From an uncultured Desulfobacterales bacterium (GTDB lineage Bacteria; Desulfobacterota; DSM-4660; Desulfatiglandales; HGW-15), in assembly GCA_964450535.1 (NCBI GenBank), contig CAYVDE010000004.1:9083-73082 (forward strand): DNA of 64,000 bases, read 5' to 3'. The translations under genes were made by a program, and so were the position numbers. Positions within the stretch are counted from its first letter, which is position 1; each line of letters opens with the position of its first letter. Under the pieces are notes generated by a model. That model was not told the origin of the DNA. It did no database searches and saw only the letters and a list, made by a program, of their open reading frames with translations. Positions 63,943-64,000 of this stretch are shown in pieces.

Positions 63943-64000
63943 TTGATCTCCTTGATCTTGACAAAAAACCCTCATTTCTGAATTGGAAACTTGCCAGTGC
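63942..64000. repeat. Dispersed ~58-nt repeat, copy B (partner at 5785-5842), truncated by the window end
   Basis: CTTGATCTCCTTGATCTTGACAAAAAACCCTCATTTCTGAATTGGAAACTTGCCAGTGC aligns with copy A. The last 27 nt are identical. Confidence 0.7.

Noticed and set aside
1-64000. CRISPR arrays, rRNA or tRNA genes, integrases or transposases, and prophage or defence-system genes.
   Set aside because: A visual scan found no regularly spaced repeats, no T-arm/anticodon-arm structures and no rRNA-like conserved stretches. No ORF carries recombinase, transposase, nuclease-helicase or other defence-type motifs.

Overview
This is a high-GC bacterial chromosomal window, about 60% G+C judged by eye. Its gene content suggests a strict anaerobe: rubredoxin, a rubrerythrin-like protein, flavodoxin, radical-SAM enzymes and B12-dependent aminomutases.

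- **1-17.4 kb, housekeeping and stress genes:** partial J-domain protein, lon, dnaJ, a CbpM/MerR-like gene, an MBL hydrolase, an ABC1/UbiB kinase with a phasin-like gene, a LysM protein, zwf-pgl-glk, rubredoxin, and two decayed genes (an ftsH remnant and an FGE-sulfatase-like remnant).
- **17.7-51.4 kb, a dense supercluster for anaerobic catabolism of basic amino acids:**
  - kamA, a GSA-aminomutase-like class III PLP enzyme, and an 816-aa tandem KamA-fold radical-SAM protein.
  - Two Cys/Cys proline-racemase paralogs in mirror orientation around a non-Pyl MttB-family gene and an amidohydrolase, linked to a Pot-type ABC importer.
  - A complete, translationally coupled D-ornithine aminomutase operon in the order ord-ortA-ortB-oraS-oraE-glmL-like-orr. 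The racemase is fused to an arginase-fold domain that has lost its metal ligands.
  - A TrmB-family regulator.
  - kamD-kamE-kce-(P-loop protein)-kdd.
  - A HisJQMP-type Lys/Arg/Orn importer.
- **51.4-64 kb:** AI-2E and MATE transporters, a sharply AT-rich orphan island with one membrane protein, an FAD/NAD(P)-binding protein, a LuxR regulator and an acoABCL-like E1/E2/E3 dehydrogenase operon.

I found no rRNA, tRNA, CRISPR array or intact mobile element.

The best candidates for undescribed biology are the double KamA-like aminomutase cluster, the proline-racemase/MttB/amidohydrolase/ABC locus, the racemase-pseudoarginase fusion, and the P-loop gene embedded in the lysine 5,6-aminomutase operon. 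All functional calls come from manual recognition of motifs and family-typical sequence. No database search was run.
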